A stretch of 64,000 bases of DNA. Source: an uncultured Eubacteriales bacterium (GTDB lineage Bacteria; Bacillota; Clostridia; Oscillospirales; UBA644). This document shows, one piece after another, positions 18,603-27,129 of this stretch (position 1 is the stretch's first letter; each line of letters starts with the position of its first letter). Where the stretch lies: contig CABKLX010000007.1 of the NCBI GenBank assembly GCA_902373415.1, positions 87,894 to 151,893 of the forward strand, in the 5' to 3' direction. The notes beneath the pieces are model-generated. The model did not search any database, was not told the DNA's origin, and saw only the letters and a list, made by a program, of their open reading frames with translations. The translations under genes and the position numbers were made by a program.

Positions 18603-20774
18603 ATGGCATTTGAAAACAGTTCCTTTATCAAACCGGCGGAGCAGTTTGACCCGGCGCGGCTGGACTACGCGCCCATGTTCCGGAAAAAATTCACGGTGGA
18701 CACGGCGGTGCAATTCGCGGTGCTGACGGTTTGTGGTCTGGGATACGGCTACTATTATCTCAACGGCAGCGAGATGACGCCGGACCTGTTCACGGCGCCG
18801 GTGAGCAACTACGAAAAAACCCTGTGGTACAACCGCTATGACGTGACGGAGCAGATCAAAACCGGAGAGAACATCTTGGCCGTGATCTGCGGCAATGGCT
18901 GGTACAATGAGGGCATCAGGACCGCGTGGGACTATGACGCCGCGCCATGGCGCGACATCCCCAAATTCATTCTGACCCTGGAAATCAACGGAGAAGTGGC
19001 GGTCCGCAGTGACGCAAGCTGGAGATATACCTTAAAATCGCCCTATCTGTATAATCAGCTCCGGGTGGGTGAGCACTTTGATGCCAGATTGTACGACGAG
19101 AACTGGAACCAGCCGGACTTTGACGACAGCGCCTGGGGGTATGCCAAAGAGGATGACCATCCGCCGAAAGGAATCTTCCGGGAGTGCCTTTGCCAGCCCA
19201 TCCGGGTATGCGGCGAATACCCGCCGAAGTCGGTGAAAAAAATCGGAGAGGACCGGTATTTGTTTGACTTTGGGCTAAATATGTCGGGCGTTGCCCGGCT
19301 GAAGGTCCATCAGAGCGCCGGAGACCGGATCGTACTGGAATACGCCGAAAGCATGAATCCGGACAATACCATCCAATACAATGACATGGACAATCCCCAC
19401 TATTACCCGGACAGCCCGTTCCAGACGGACGAATTCATCTGCGGCGGCGGGGAAATGACGTGGACACCCAAATTTACTTATCACGGCTTCCGGTATGTGG
19501 TGGTCACGGGGCTGAAAGAGGCAACCGCGGAAACACTGACGGCGCTGTTTATCCATCAGGATGTAAACCGGATCAGCGACTTTGAATGCTCTGACGAGAA
19601 CCTGAACAGCCTGTTCCGGATCGGCATCCAGGCAACCTGGTCCAATCTGTTCTACATGCCCACGGACTGCCCCACCCGGGAGAAGCTGGGTTGGATGAAC
19701 GATGCCCAAAGCTCCATCGAACAGATGCTGACGGACTTCGACATGGAAAAGCTGCTGACGAAATGGTGGCAGGATATCTGCGACGCCATGCGGGAGGACG
19801 GCATGCTGCCGGGGATTGTGCCCAGTTCGGGTTGGGGTTACGAGTGGGGCAACGGCCCCGTTTCGGAGGGAACCCTGTTTGAGATCCCTTACAGGATCTA
19901 TCTGCACACCGGTGACGATACCCTGCTGAAAAAAGGTCTGACCTATTTCAAAAAGTACAACCGGTATTTGCAGGGCTGCAAGGATGCCAAGGGCGATATC
20001 TGCTACGGACTGGATGACTGGGCGCCTCCGGATAACACGGACAAGGTTGGCGCGGCTTTTATCAACAAGGTGTTTACCATCAAATTCCTGCGGATTACCA
20101 TCCTGGCCCAACGGGTCAGCGGCGAGGACCCGGCGGAAACCCAGGCGCTTCTGGACCGGGAAATTCAGGAAATCCGGAACCGCTACCTGGATGAGACGGG
20201 CCGATGCACCATCCACAAGCAGACGGCGGTGGCCATGCTGGTGTACAACGGTCTGTATGAAAATCTGGCGCCCCTGTCGGAACAGCTGAAAGAACTGGTG
20301 GAGGAAAAGAATTTCCACCACGACTGCGGCATGGTGGGCCTGCGGCGGTTGTACATGGCACTGAATCGCTGCGGCCTGCAGGAATACGCCTACCGCATCA
20401 TCACGGCCAGAGGCTTCCCGTCCTATGTGAGCTGGCTGGAGGACGGCGCCACCGCGCTTTGTGAGTTCTGGGATATGTCGGTGTCTCAAAACCACCATAT
20501 GTATTCCGATTTCATGTCCTGGATGATGAAAACCATTCTGGGCATCGGTGCGGATATTGCCCATCCCGGCTTTACACAGGTGGAAATCAATCCGTATTTC
20601 TTCCGGGAACTCACTTACGCCAGGGGCTATTGCGGTACGGTGCGCGGGCGCATCGGCGTCGCCTGGAAGCGTACGAGTGACAGAATCGAGCTGACGGTGG
20701 AAGTGCCGGAGGGCATGACGGTCACTTGCCGGGGGCAGACCCTGAAAAGCGGCGTCAATGTGATCACCGCCTGA
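18603..20774 (+). CDS. alpha-L-rhamnosidase, glycoside hydrolase family 78
   Basis: 723 aa; GH78 catalytic-domain signature MPTDCPTREKLGWMNDAQ; (alpha/alpha)6 six-hairpin C-terminal region; RBS GGAGGcggcgacATG. Confidence 0.85.
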   Translation: MAFENSSFIKPAEQFDPARLDYAPMFRKKFTVDTAVQFAVLTVCGLGYGYYYLNGSEMTPDLFTAPVSNYEKTLWYNRYDVTEQIKTGENILAVICGNGWYNEGIRTAWDYDAAPWRDIPKFILTLEINGEVAVRSDASWRYTLKSPYLYNQLRVGEHFDARLYDENWNQPDFDDSAWGYAKEDDHPPKGIFRECLCQPIRVCGEYPPKSVKKIGEDRYLFDFGLNMSGVARLKVHQSAGDRIVLEYAESMNPDNTIQYNDMDNPHYYPDSPFQTDEFICGGGEMTWTPKFTYHGFRYVVVTGLKEATAETLTALFIHQDVNRISDFECSDENLNSLFRIGIQATWSNLFYMPTDCPTREKLGWMNDAQSSIEQMLTDFDMEKLLTKWWQDICDAMREDGMLPGIVPSSGWGYEWGNGPVSEGTLFEIPYRIYLHTGDDTLLKKGLTYFKKYNRYLQGCKDAKGDICYGLDDWAPPDNTDKVGAAFINKVFTIKFLRITILAQRVSGEDPAETQALLDREIQEIRNRYLDETGRCTIHKQTAVAMLVYNGLYENLAPLSEQLKELVEEKNFHHDCGMVGLRRLYMALNRCGLQEYAYRIITARGFPSYVSWLEDGATALCEFWDMSVSQNHHMYSDFMSWMMKTILGIGADIAHPGFTQVEINPYFFRELTYARGYCGTVRGRIGVAWKRTSDRIELTVEVPEGMTVTCRGQTLKSGVNVITA

Positions 20775-20821
20775 GCCGTATCCGGCGGAAATCTGGAATT
20801 ACTGAATGAGGGGCGATTGCC

Positions 20822-21547
20822 GTGAACATCATGAAATTACTGGCGGAAAAGGCAAAGGACAACTGGAATGCCCGGCCGGTGACCATTGCGTTTTTGGGGG
20901 ACAGCGTCACCCAGGGATGCTTTGAGATTTACAAAAAGAATGAGACGGAGATTGAAACCGTATTCGACAAAAACAATGCCTATCATACGGATGTGGCCAA
21001 AATTCTCGCCGTTCTGTTTCCCAGCGTGCCGGTAAATATCTTCAACGCGGGCATCAGCGGGGACAATGCGCCCCATGCCCTGGAACGGATGGAGCAGGAT
21101 GTCCTGTGCCATCACCCGGACTTAACGGTGGTATGCTTTGGCTTGAACGACTGCGGCAACGGGGTCGAAAAGGTGGAGCAGTATGCCCAGGCGCTGCGAG
21201 GGATTTTTGAAAAGCTGCGGCAGGCGGGTTCAGAGATCATATTCATGACGCCCAATATGATGAATCCCACGGTCAGCTGTCATCTGACGGACCCGCTGAT
21301 GCGGAGCATCGCGGAGGACACCATGCGCCGGCAGAACGGCGGGGTGTTGGAATGCTACCTGGAGAACGCCAGAAAGGTGTGTAGGGAATATGGGGTCACC
21401 CTCTGTGACTGCTACGAAAAGTGGAAGCTTCTGTATGAGAACGGTGTGGATGTGACGGAGCTTTTGGCCAATAAAATCAACCATCCCACCCGGGAAATGA
21501 ACTGGCTGTTTGCGGTGTCCCTGGTGGACACCATGCTGCGGGGATAA
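20822..21547 (+). CDS. SGNH/GDSL-family hydrolase (esterase / acetylesterase-like)
   Basis: 241 aa; block I AFLGDSVTQG with catalytic Ser; block III GLNDCG; C-terminal DxxH-type motif (NHPTREMN). Confidence 0.75.
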   Translation: MNIMKLLAEKAKDNWNARPVTIAFLGDSVTQGCFEIYKKNETEIETVFDKNNAYHTDVAKILAVLFPSVPVNIFNAGISGDNAPHALERMEQDVLCHHPDLTVVCFGLNDCGNGVEKVEQYAQALRGIFEKLRQAGSEIIFMTPNMMNPTVSCHLTDPLMRSIAEDTMRRQNGGVLECYLENARKVCREYGVTLCDCYEKWKLLYENGVDVTELLANKINHPTREMNWLFAVSLVDTMLRG

Positions 21548-21572
21548 CATCACGAAACAAGGAGGAAACAAT

Positions 21573-21695
21573 ATGAAAACCATCAAAGACAAGCAGCTCC
21601 TGGTCGGAGCGGACTTTGCCGGCTATCCGCTGAAGGAAGTTGTCTGCGAGCATCTGGGGGACTACCCGCTGAAGCTGGAAACCAAGCCGGAATAA
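21573..21695 (+). pseudogene. 40-aa N-terminal fragment of an RpiB/LacA/LacB-family sugar-phosphate isomerase
   Basis: MKTIKDKQLLVGADFAGYPLKEVVCEHLGDYPLKLETKPE* resembles the first ~40 residues of RpiB/LacAB (M.IAIGxDxAGxxLKExIxxYL); intact members are ~150 aa; RBS AAGGAGG present. Confidence 0.5.
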
Positions 21696-21716
21696 ACCCT
21701 CCGGTCACGAAACCAA

Positions 21717-21744
21717 GGCGGCATGCTCCGGCGTGCCGCTTTTT
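21717..21744 (+). terminator. rho-independent terminator (intron homing-site hairpin)
   Basis: GGCGGCATGC tccg GCGTGCCGCT followed by TTTTT; the intron begins 8 nt later. Confidence 0.7.
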
Positions 21745-21752
21745 CATACTAT

Positions 21753-22452
21753 GGGCGCCCGGTGAGCGCACGTTCTATAGGGTGAAAGTCCCGAAGTTGC
21801 CCGGTAGCGGGAAGACTTAGCCAAAGGCAAGGGTGTCCATCGCGAGGTGGAATCTGAAGAAAGCCGGATTTTGGGAGTTAAAAGGTCTCCCAATGGGCAA
21901 AACTCTGGCCTGACGAACAGAAATCGCATATAAGGCCGCCGGCGAGGGTAAGTTTGCCTAGCAAAACAAAGCCCAATAGCTACACGGAATCGCTCGCGGT
22001 AAATGCGGCAGGTAAAGAGAGAAAGAATGTGTGAGTACCCGGGGAGGTCTCACAGGCGCATCAAAGTAGACATATTCGAAAAAAAATGCGTAGTAACAAC
22101 GAACTGTGAGAAGTCAGCAGAGGTCATAGTACCGGAAAAAAACCGGGAAGGGCTGAACAATCGTTAGTCCTTTGGAAACAATGGAAGCTACCGAAAACGA
22201 GGGTAAAGAATCTGATTCAGCTTAGCATCCCGGATTGGGCTGCCTACAGATACGGCAACTCTCGCAAAGGCTATTGGCGATTGTCGGGGACAACAACTCT
22301 CGCGAGAGCAATCTCAAACAAAAGACTCGCACAGGCCGGATACTACAGCATCCTTGACCGGTACGAGTCTCTGCACTTATGCGATTGAACCGCCGTGTAC
22401 CGAACGGTACGCACGGTGGTGTGAGAGGTCGGGGCTATTCAGCCCCTCCTAC
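21753..22452 (+). mobile_element. ORF-less group II intron, class IIC-like, about 700 nt
   Basis: 5' GGGCGCCCGGTGAGCGCAC…GGGTGAAAGTCCCGAAG; domain I-type motifs (TAGCCAAAGGCAAGGGTGTCCATCGCGAGGTGGAATCTGAAGAAAGCCGG; CCCGGGGAGGTCTCA…GAAGTCAGCAGAGGTCATAGTACCGG); domain V GAACCGCCGTGTACCGAACGGTACGCACGGTGGT at 22387-22420; domain VI GTCGGGGCTATTCAGCCCCTCCTAC ending …TAC at 22452; no ORF longer than ~100 codons inside. Confidence 0.75.
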
Positions 22453-22478
22453 TCTATTCTGTTTCGTTTCTCGGCGCG

Positions 22479-23333
22479 TCAGTCTTCTTTTCCGCCGCCG
22501 ATAAGTTCTTCAAGAGCGCCGTCGAGATCGTGCGTCTCGTATTCGTCGATCTTTCCGCCGTCGCAAAGTTCCGCGAGGCTCGGGTCGATCGGGAGGCGGG
22601 CAAGAACGGGAAGCCCGTGCTTCTCCGCGATGCGGTCGATGTTGCTCTTTCCGAAAATATGATGTTCTTTTCCGCAGTCGGGACAGCGGAAATAACTGTA
22701 ATTTTCAACGAGTCCTATAACGGGAATGTCCATTTTTTCCGCCATGTTCACGGCTTTATCCACGATCATGGAGACCAGATCCTGCGGAGACGTGACGATG
22801 ATAATCCCGTCAACGGGTATGGATTGGAACACCGTGAGCGGAATGTCGCCCGTTCCCGGAGGCATATCGATATACATGACGTCAACATCGCCCCAGACCA
22901 CGTCCGTCCAGAATTGCTTGACCGTGCCCGCAATGACGGGACCGCGCCATATTACGGGGGTCGTTTCGTCCTCAACGAGCATATTCAGGCTCATCGCGCG
23001 GACGCCGCTTTTCGATATTCCCGGGTAGATCCCGTTATCGTCGGCAAGTGCGCGGTCGCTTATTCCGAGCATTTTCGGAATAGAAGGACCTGTTATATCG
23101 GCGTCGAGCACGGCGGTCTTGAAGCCTTTTTTCGCAGTCATGACGGAAAGCAGGGAAGTGACGGTCGATTTCCCGACGCCGCCCTTGCCGCTGACAACGG
23201 CATAGACCTTTCCGACGGTGCTCAATGAATTTACGGGTTCCAAAAAACTCTGCGGAGCGTTTCTCGAAGAACAGTTTTCTCCGCAGGTCGAACAGTTATG
23301 AGTGCATTCGCTTATCGGATCATATCCTTTCAA
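22479..23333 (-). CDS. Mrp/NBP35 (ApbC)-family iron-sulfur cluster carrier ATPase
   Basis: 284 aa; N-terminal Cys-rich segment; deviant Walker A GKGGVGKST; CPxC motif near the C-terminus (FRCPDCGKEH). Confidence 0.85.
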   Translation of the reverse strand: MKGYDPISECTHNCSTCGENCSSRNAPQSFLEPVNSLSTVGKVYAVVSGKGGVGKSTVTSLLSVMTAKKGFKTAVLDADITGPSIPKMLGISDRALADDNGIYPGISKSGVRAMSLNMLVEDETTPVIWRGPVIAGTVKQFWTDVVWGDVDVMYIDMPPGTGDIPLTVFQSIPVDGIIIVTSPQDLVSMIVDKAVNMAEKMDIPVIGLVENYSYFRCPDCGKEHHIFGKSNIDRIAEKHGLPVLARLPIDPSLAELCDGGKIDEYETHDLDGALEELIGGGKED

Positions 23334-23413
23334 TGCGATCTTCGGCGGAGCGGCGGATCAAACCGTACCTTTTTACTCCGTCTGACATATTATACCCCCG
23401 TAAAGGCAAAAAG

Positions 23414-23626
23414 TCAAGGGTCAAGATCCTCAATTTCGAATATATCCGAAAAACTTGCAAAATCGTTGCGCTCGATATGCGTCATCTCGTGTTTGAGAAC
23501 GAGTTTCTGCTGATCGGGCGTAAGCGATGAGTTTATATAAATGTTGTAGTCTCCCTCTTCGTCCGTGACGGTCACCCCGCGGATGGTCATCGGAAGCGAA
23601 AGAAGGCGGACGTATATTTCGTTCAT
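23414..23626 (-). CDS. mini ImmA/IrrE-like HExxH metallopeptidase-motif protein (70 aa)
   Basis: contains HEMTHIERND; abuts the stop of the upstream XRE regulator gene. Confidence 0.5.
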   Translation of the reverse strand: MNEIYVRLLSLPMTIRGVTVTDEEGDYNIYINSSLTPDQQKLVLKHEMTHIERNDFASFSDIFEIEDLDP

Positions 23627-24037
23627 TTACCTTCTGTTCTGTTTCAGCGCCTCGATGATCGCGACCGTTCTCTCTATATCCTCACGGCTCGCGTTTTTCG
23701 ACGCGGAGAAAAGCATTTTGACCTCGGGTCTTGTCCTGAGCATCTCTCTGAGTTCGGCAAGATCCTCGTTGAGATGGCGCGTGTTGGGCGTTATCCTCGC
23801 AGACATTTCGGAGTCGAGCAGATAATCGTCTCCGAGTTCTTCGTTTTCCATAAAAAGTGTGTCAACGGACACGTTAAAGTGTTTTGCAATTCTTTGAAGC
23901 ATTTCAAGATCGGGCTTTCTGTTGCCCGTTTCCCACATCGCGACGGTGCTGAGCGCGACGCCGAGCGCCTGTGAAAGTTCTTTTTGCGTCATGCCGCTGT
24001 TTTTGCGCAGGACTTTCAAATTTTCCGAAAACCGCAT
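23627..24037 (-). CDS. XRE-family helix-turn-helix transcriptional regulator
   Basis: 136 aa; HTH SGMTQKELSQALGVALSTVAMWETGNRKP. Confidence 0.8.
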   Translation of the reverse strand: MRFSENLKVLRKNSGMTQKELSQALGVALSTVAMWETGNRKPDLEMLQRIAKHFNVSVDTLFMENEELGDDYLLDSEMSARITPNTRHLNEDLAELREMLRTRPEVKMLFSASKNASREDIERTVAIIEALKQNRR

Positions 24038-24230
24038 AGGTAAACCTCTCTTCTTTTTTCTTTTCCTTATTATACATCACGTTTCGTGATTTGTCAAGAG
24101 GTAAAATGCAAAAAATATCACTTTTTTATTTCCGTTCGGATCTCTGACGCGGAAAAAGACGGTTCTTCCCGCATTTTTTCTTCCTCTCGTAGCGTGACAT
24201 AATATTTTATCGAAAAACGATAAAAATATA

Positions 24231-24259
24231 TTGACAAACATGGAAATATATGGTATAAT
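24231..24259 (+). promoter_or_regulatory. sigma-A promoter (TTGACA-17-TGgTATAAT) of the DUF2975-HTH operon
   Basis: ataTTGACAaacatggaaatatatgGTATAATcac; consensus -35 and extended -10; RBS GGAGG 7 nt before the ATG at 24312. Confidence 0.75.
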
Positions 24260-24311
24260 CACTCCAAACAAAGGTCGTGAATTTTAAAAAACGCCGATCG
24301 GAGGTTCTGAT

Positions 24312-24785
24312 ATGCCGAAAATATCGCGAAAAGCGTCGGTGCTGCTTTCCATATGTCTGACGGTACTGTTTCTTGCGGTTCTGATCGTTTGCGCGTTCGC
24401 AATGCCGATGCTTTGCAATGTGTTTGCGGATATTGCGACGATGCATCCGGGCAGAAGTGAACTCTGCGTCGCGGAGAGAATATACCTGCTTGTTGCGGGA
24501 TATCTGATCGTTGCAGTCGCCGCCGTCGCGGATATTCTGATGTTTCTGCTTCTTTTGCGCATTCGCAGAGGGCTTGTCTTCACGCGCGAAAGCGTGTCTG
24601 TCATACGGGCGGTTTCATGGTGCGCGATCTGTTGCGGAGTGATTTTCGCCCTGCTCGGATACATATTTTATATAGCTTATGTGATCGCCGTTGCCGTTTT
24701 GTTTCTCGGGCTTTGCCTGCGGGTCGTTAAAAATGTCATTGAAGAAGCGACCGAATTGAAAAACGAAAACGATCTGACGGTGTGA
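24312..24785 (+). CDS. DUF2975-type integral membrane protein
   Basis: 157 aa; four predicted TM helices; it forms the usual pair with the immediately downstream small HTH regulator. Confidence 0.65.
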   Translation: MPKISRKASVLLSICLTVLFLAVLIVCAFAMPMLCNVFADIATMHPGRSELCVAERIYLLVAGYLIVAVAAVADILMFLLLLRIRRGLVFTRESVSVIRAVSWCAICCGVIFALLGYIFYIAYVIAVAVLFLGLCLRVVKNVIEEATELKNENDLTV

Positions 24786-24795
24786 GTGTGAAATT

Positions 24796-25005
24796 ATGAT
24801 CATAATAAATCTTGACGTCATGATGGCGAAGCGCAAAATATCGCTGAACGAACTTTCCGAAAAGGTCGGGATCACGCTCGCCAATCTGTCGATACTCAAA
24901 AACAACAAAGCGCGCGCCGTGCGGTTTTCGACGCTCGACGCGATCTGCAAAGCCCTCGACTGCGAGGTCGGGGACATTCTCGAATACAGAAAAGAGGAGG
25001 AATAA
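24796..25005 (+). CDS. small XRE/YozG-like HTH transcriptional regulator
   Basis: 69 aa; KISLNELSEKVGITLANLSILKNNKARAVRFSTLDAICKALDCEVGDIL. Confidence 0.8.
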   Translation: MIIINLDVMMAKRKISLNELSEKVGITLANLSILKNNKARAVRFSTLDAICKALDCEVGDILEYRKEEE

Positions 25006-25009
25006 AACA

Positions 25010-26848
25010 ATGAACGATCCGAAAAAAGACGCGTCCGCGGGTGAAGTTGCGAATGTCTTCCCCGAACGCTCCGACAGCGACCGATCTGCGGGCGGTCATG
25101 CCGAAACTTCCGTTCCGCCGACATCTTCACGGCAGGCGCCTCCGCCGCAGCCCTGTTCGCAGGCACAGCCGCAGACATATTCCGATGCACAGAACCCGCC
25201 GCAACAGCACCCCTATTCGCAGGCACAGCCGCAGATATCTTATCAGCCGTCCGCTCCCGCATACACGGTGGTCGCTCCGACACGCGCGGCGCGCCCGAAA
25301 CGCGAATTTACCGCCGCCGAGTCCGTGTTCGCATGGGTATGCTTTATTCTCGGTTATCTGTTCTGCCGTGTCCTCGCAGGCGGTTTCAACCCGCTCGGAG
25401 GCTTTCTGTTCACCGTTCTGATCTTCTCGGTGACCGCCGCTGTCATAAAGATCGAAAAAGCCCTTCCGCCGTTCGCCGCATGGGTCGCCGCCGTGTCCGG
25501 CGTCGTCCTTGCCGCGTCGCTGATCGTTACGGGCAATGAAACCGTGAGGTTCTTCGCGTATCTTTATTCCGCCGCGGCTTATGTCTATTTCGTTTATGCC
25601 GCGTTCGGGAACAAACTCGAAAAGGGCTTTTCCAATCTGCTCTGTCTCGATTTTGTCAAAGCGGCGTTTATATGTCCTTTCACTTCATTTGCGAATATCT
25701 TCCGCAGTTTCGGCGGAAAAAGCAGGAAAAACGGATCGAAAACGTTTTTGAAAGTCCTTGCCGGCATCGGGATCGCTCTGATCCCCTGCATTGTGATAAT
25801 TTCGCTGCTGTGCTATGACGAACGGTTCCGTGAAATGCTCTCTTTTATAAAAAACATCAATTTCGGCACGGTCGTGTCGCATCTGTTCTCCGCGGCGTTC
25901 GGCGTTCCCGTTGCGATGTACGTTTACGGGCTTCTGACGGGGTCAAAGGATAAAAAAACCGAGAAGACCCTGACGGCGGATGATTGCCGCATGCTCGGAG
26001 AACAGACGCGGATAGCCCCCGCCGTGACGGTTGCCGCCGCGACTTTTCCGATCGCGCTGATATATGTCTTTTTCTTTATTTCCCAATGGCAATATTACGT
26101 TTCCGCTTTTTCGGGGAAAATTCCGAGCGGAACGAGTTATTCCGAATACGCCCGCAACGGCTTTTTTGAGCTGGTCGCCGTTTCGTTCATCAATTTTGTC
26201 ATCATCGCGCTCGTCGGGCTGTTCATTAAGCGCAACGGCAAAGGCGCGGAGATAACGCGAAAGACCGTTTCGGTCGTGCTGAGTCTGATGACGCTCGTCC
26301 TCATCGGAACCGCCGCGTCAAAACTCGTTCTTTATATAGACGCGTACGGACTGACGCCGAAAAGAGTTTACGCGGCGTGGGCAATGCTCGTCCTCGCTGT
26401 CCTTTTCCTGCTCGTCACCGTCAAACAGTTCGCGAAAAAACTTCCGCTCGTGACGGTTTCCGTCTTCGCCGTGATCGTCCTTTTCGCGGGGCTTGCCTTC
26501 TCGAACACGGATTCCCTCATCGCGAGATACAATGTCGATCGCTGTCTTGCGGGAACGCTCGACTGCCTTGACACGGAGGCTCTGACCGAATGCGGCGACT
26601 GCGCCGTTCCTCCGCTCGTCGATTTCGTCGCCGATTATGACGAAAAGAACGGAACGAAAGCCGCCGATCTGAACGTCGAAAACTTCCCGTCGGATATCGG
26701 CTTCGGCGAAAGCAACGACGAAAGGGCGCAGTATATCGCCGCCGTAAGATTTCTGAAAGAAAAGGCGGAGGAGGAAACAGGAGTGTTCTCCGAGACGATT
26801 CCGCGATACAAGGCGCGCAAAGCGCTTGCAAGCATCGGGCTCGGATAA
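25010..26848 (+). CDS. polytopic membrane protein with Pro/Gln-rich N-terminal tail (DUF4153-like)
   Basis: 612 aa; N-terminal ~110 aa of low complexity (PPPQPCSQAQPQ…); at least 10 hydrophobic helices; no recognisable catalytic motif. Confidence 0.55.
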   Translation: MNDPKKDASAGEVANVFPERSDSDRSAGGHAETSVPPTSSRQAPPPQPCSQAQPQTYSDAQNPPQQHPYSQAQPQISYQPSAPAYTVVAPTRAARPKREFTAAESVFAWVCFILGYLFCRVLAGGFNPLGGFLFTVLIFSVTAAVIKIEKALPPFAAWVAAVSGVVLAASLIVTGNETVRFFAYLYSAAAYVYFVYAAFGNKLEKGFSNLLCLDFVKAAFICPFTSFANIFRSFGGKSRKNGSKTFLKVLAGIGIALIPCIVIISLLCYDERFREMLSFIKNINFGTVVSHLFSAAFGVPVAMYVYGLLTGSKDKKTEKTLTADDCRMLGEQTRIAPAVTVAAATFPIALIYVFFFISQWQYYVSAFSGKIPSGTSYSEYARNGFFELVAVSFINFVIIALVGLFIKRNGKGAEITRKTVSVVLSLMTLVLIGTAASKLVLYIDAYGLTPKRVYAAWAMLVLAVLFLLVTVKQFAKKLPLVTVSVFAVIVLFAGLAFSNTDSLIARYNVDRCLAGTLDCLDTEALTECGDCAVPPLVDFVADYDEKNGTKAADLNVENFPSDIGFGESNDERAQYIAAVRFLKEKAEEETGVFSETIPRYKARKALASIGLG

Positions 26849-26896
26849 AAAATACCGCCCCGTTTTCTCTTTCTTCCGTAAAAACTCCTTTCAAAC

Positions 26897-26930
26897 ACCG
26901 TCCGAATATACTTCGGACGGTTCGCTTTTT
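26897..26930 (+). terminator. rho-independent terminator
   Basis: accgtccgaa tatac ttcggacggt followed by tcgcttttt. Confidence 0.7.
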
Positions 26931-27129
26931 GCCCTCAAATGCGCCTATTTTGAAAAATTTTGCATTTATATGTTGCAATATAAGAAAAAGTGTGATAAAA
27001 TAAAAAGCAATCCGCATATAACGGAAAACGGACAAAAGGAGCTTCGGATCTCGGGCTCCGTCACTTTCCGAAAAGCGGAAAAGAACCGATACGCGGGCAG
27101 GAACCGCGCGCAGCGTCAGGAGAAGTATT

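Larger units (their letters stand above)
18128..21744 (+). other. compositionally distinct ~3.6-kb segment bracketed by the two intron 5' copies
   Basis: codon style shifts to G/C-ending codons (CTG, GGC, CCG, ACC) relative to the flanking genes (GAA/AAA/TTT-rich); own promoter and LacI-type palindromes at about 18380-18500; ends with a 40-aa gene fragment plus terminator. Confidence 0.5.

Noticed and set aside
19275-20564. 429-aa antisense ORF inside the GH78 rhamnosidase gene
   Set aside because: The high-GC segment yields long stop-free antisense frames; the product is Arg/Pro/Gly-rich with no motif, whereas the sense strand has a clear GH78 signature.
22354-22662. 102-aa ORF overlapping intron domains V and VI and the 3' end of the mrp-like gene
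   Set aside because: TTG start, no RBS, it overlaps a well-supported convergent CDS and the intron catalytic core; rejected as spurious.
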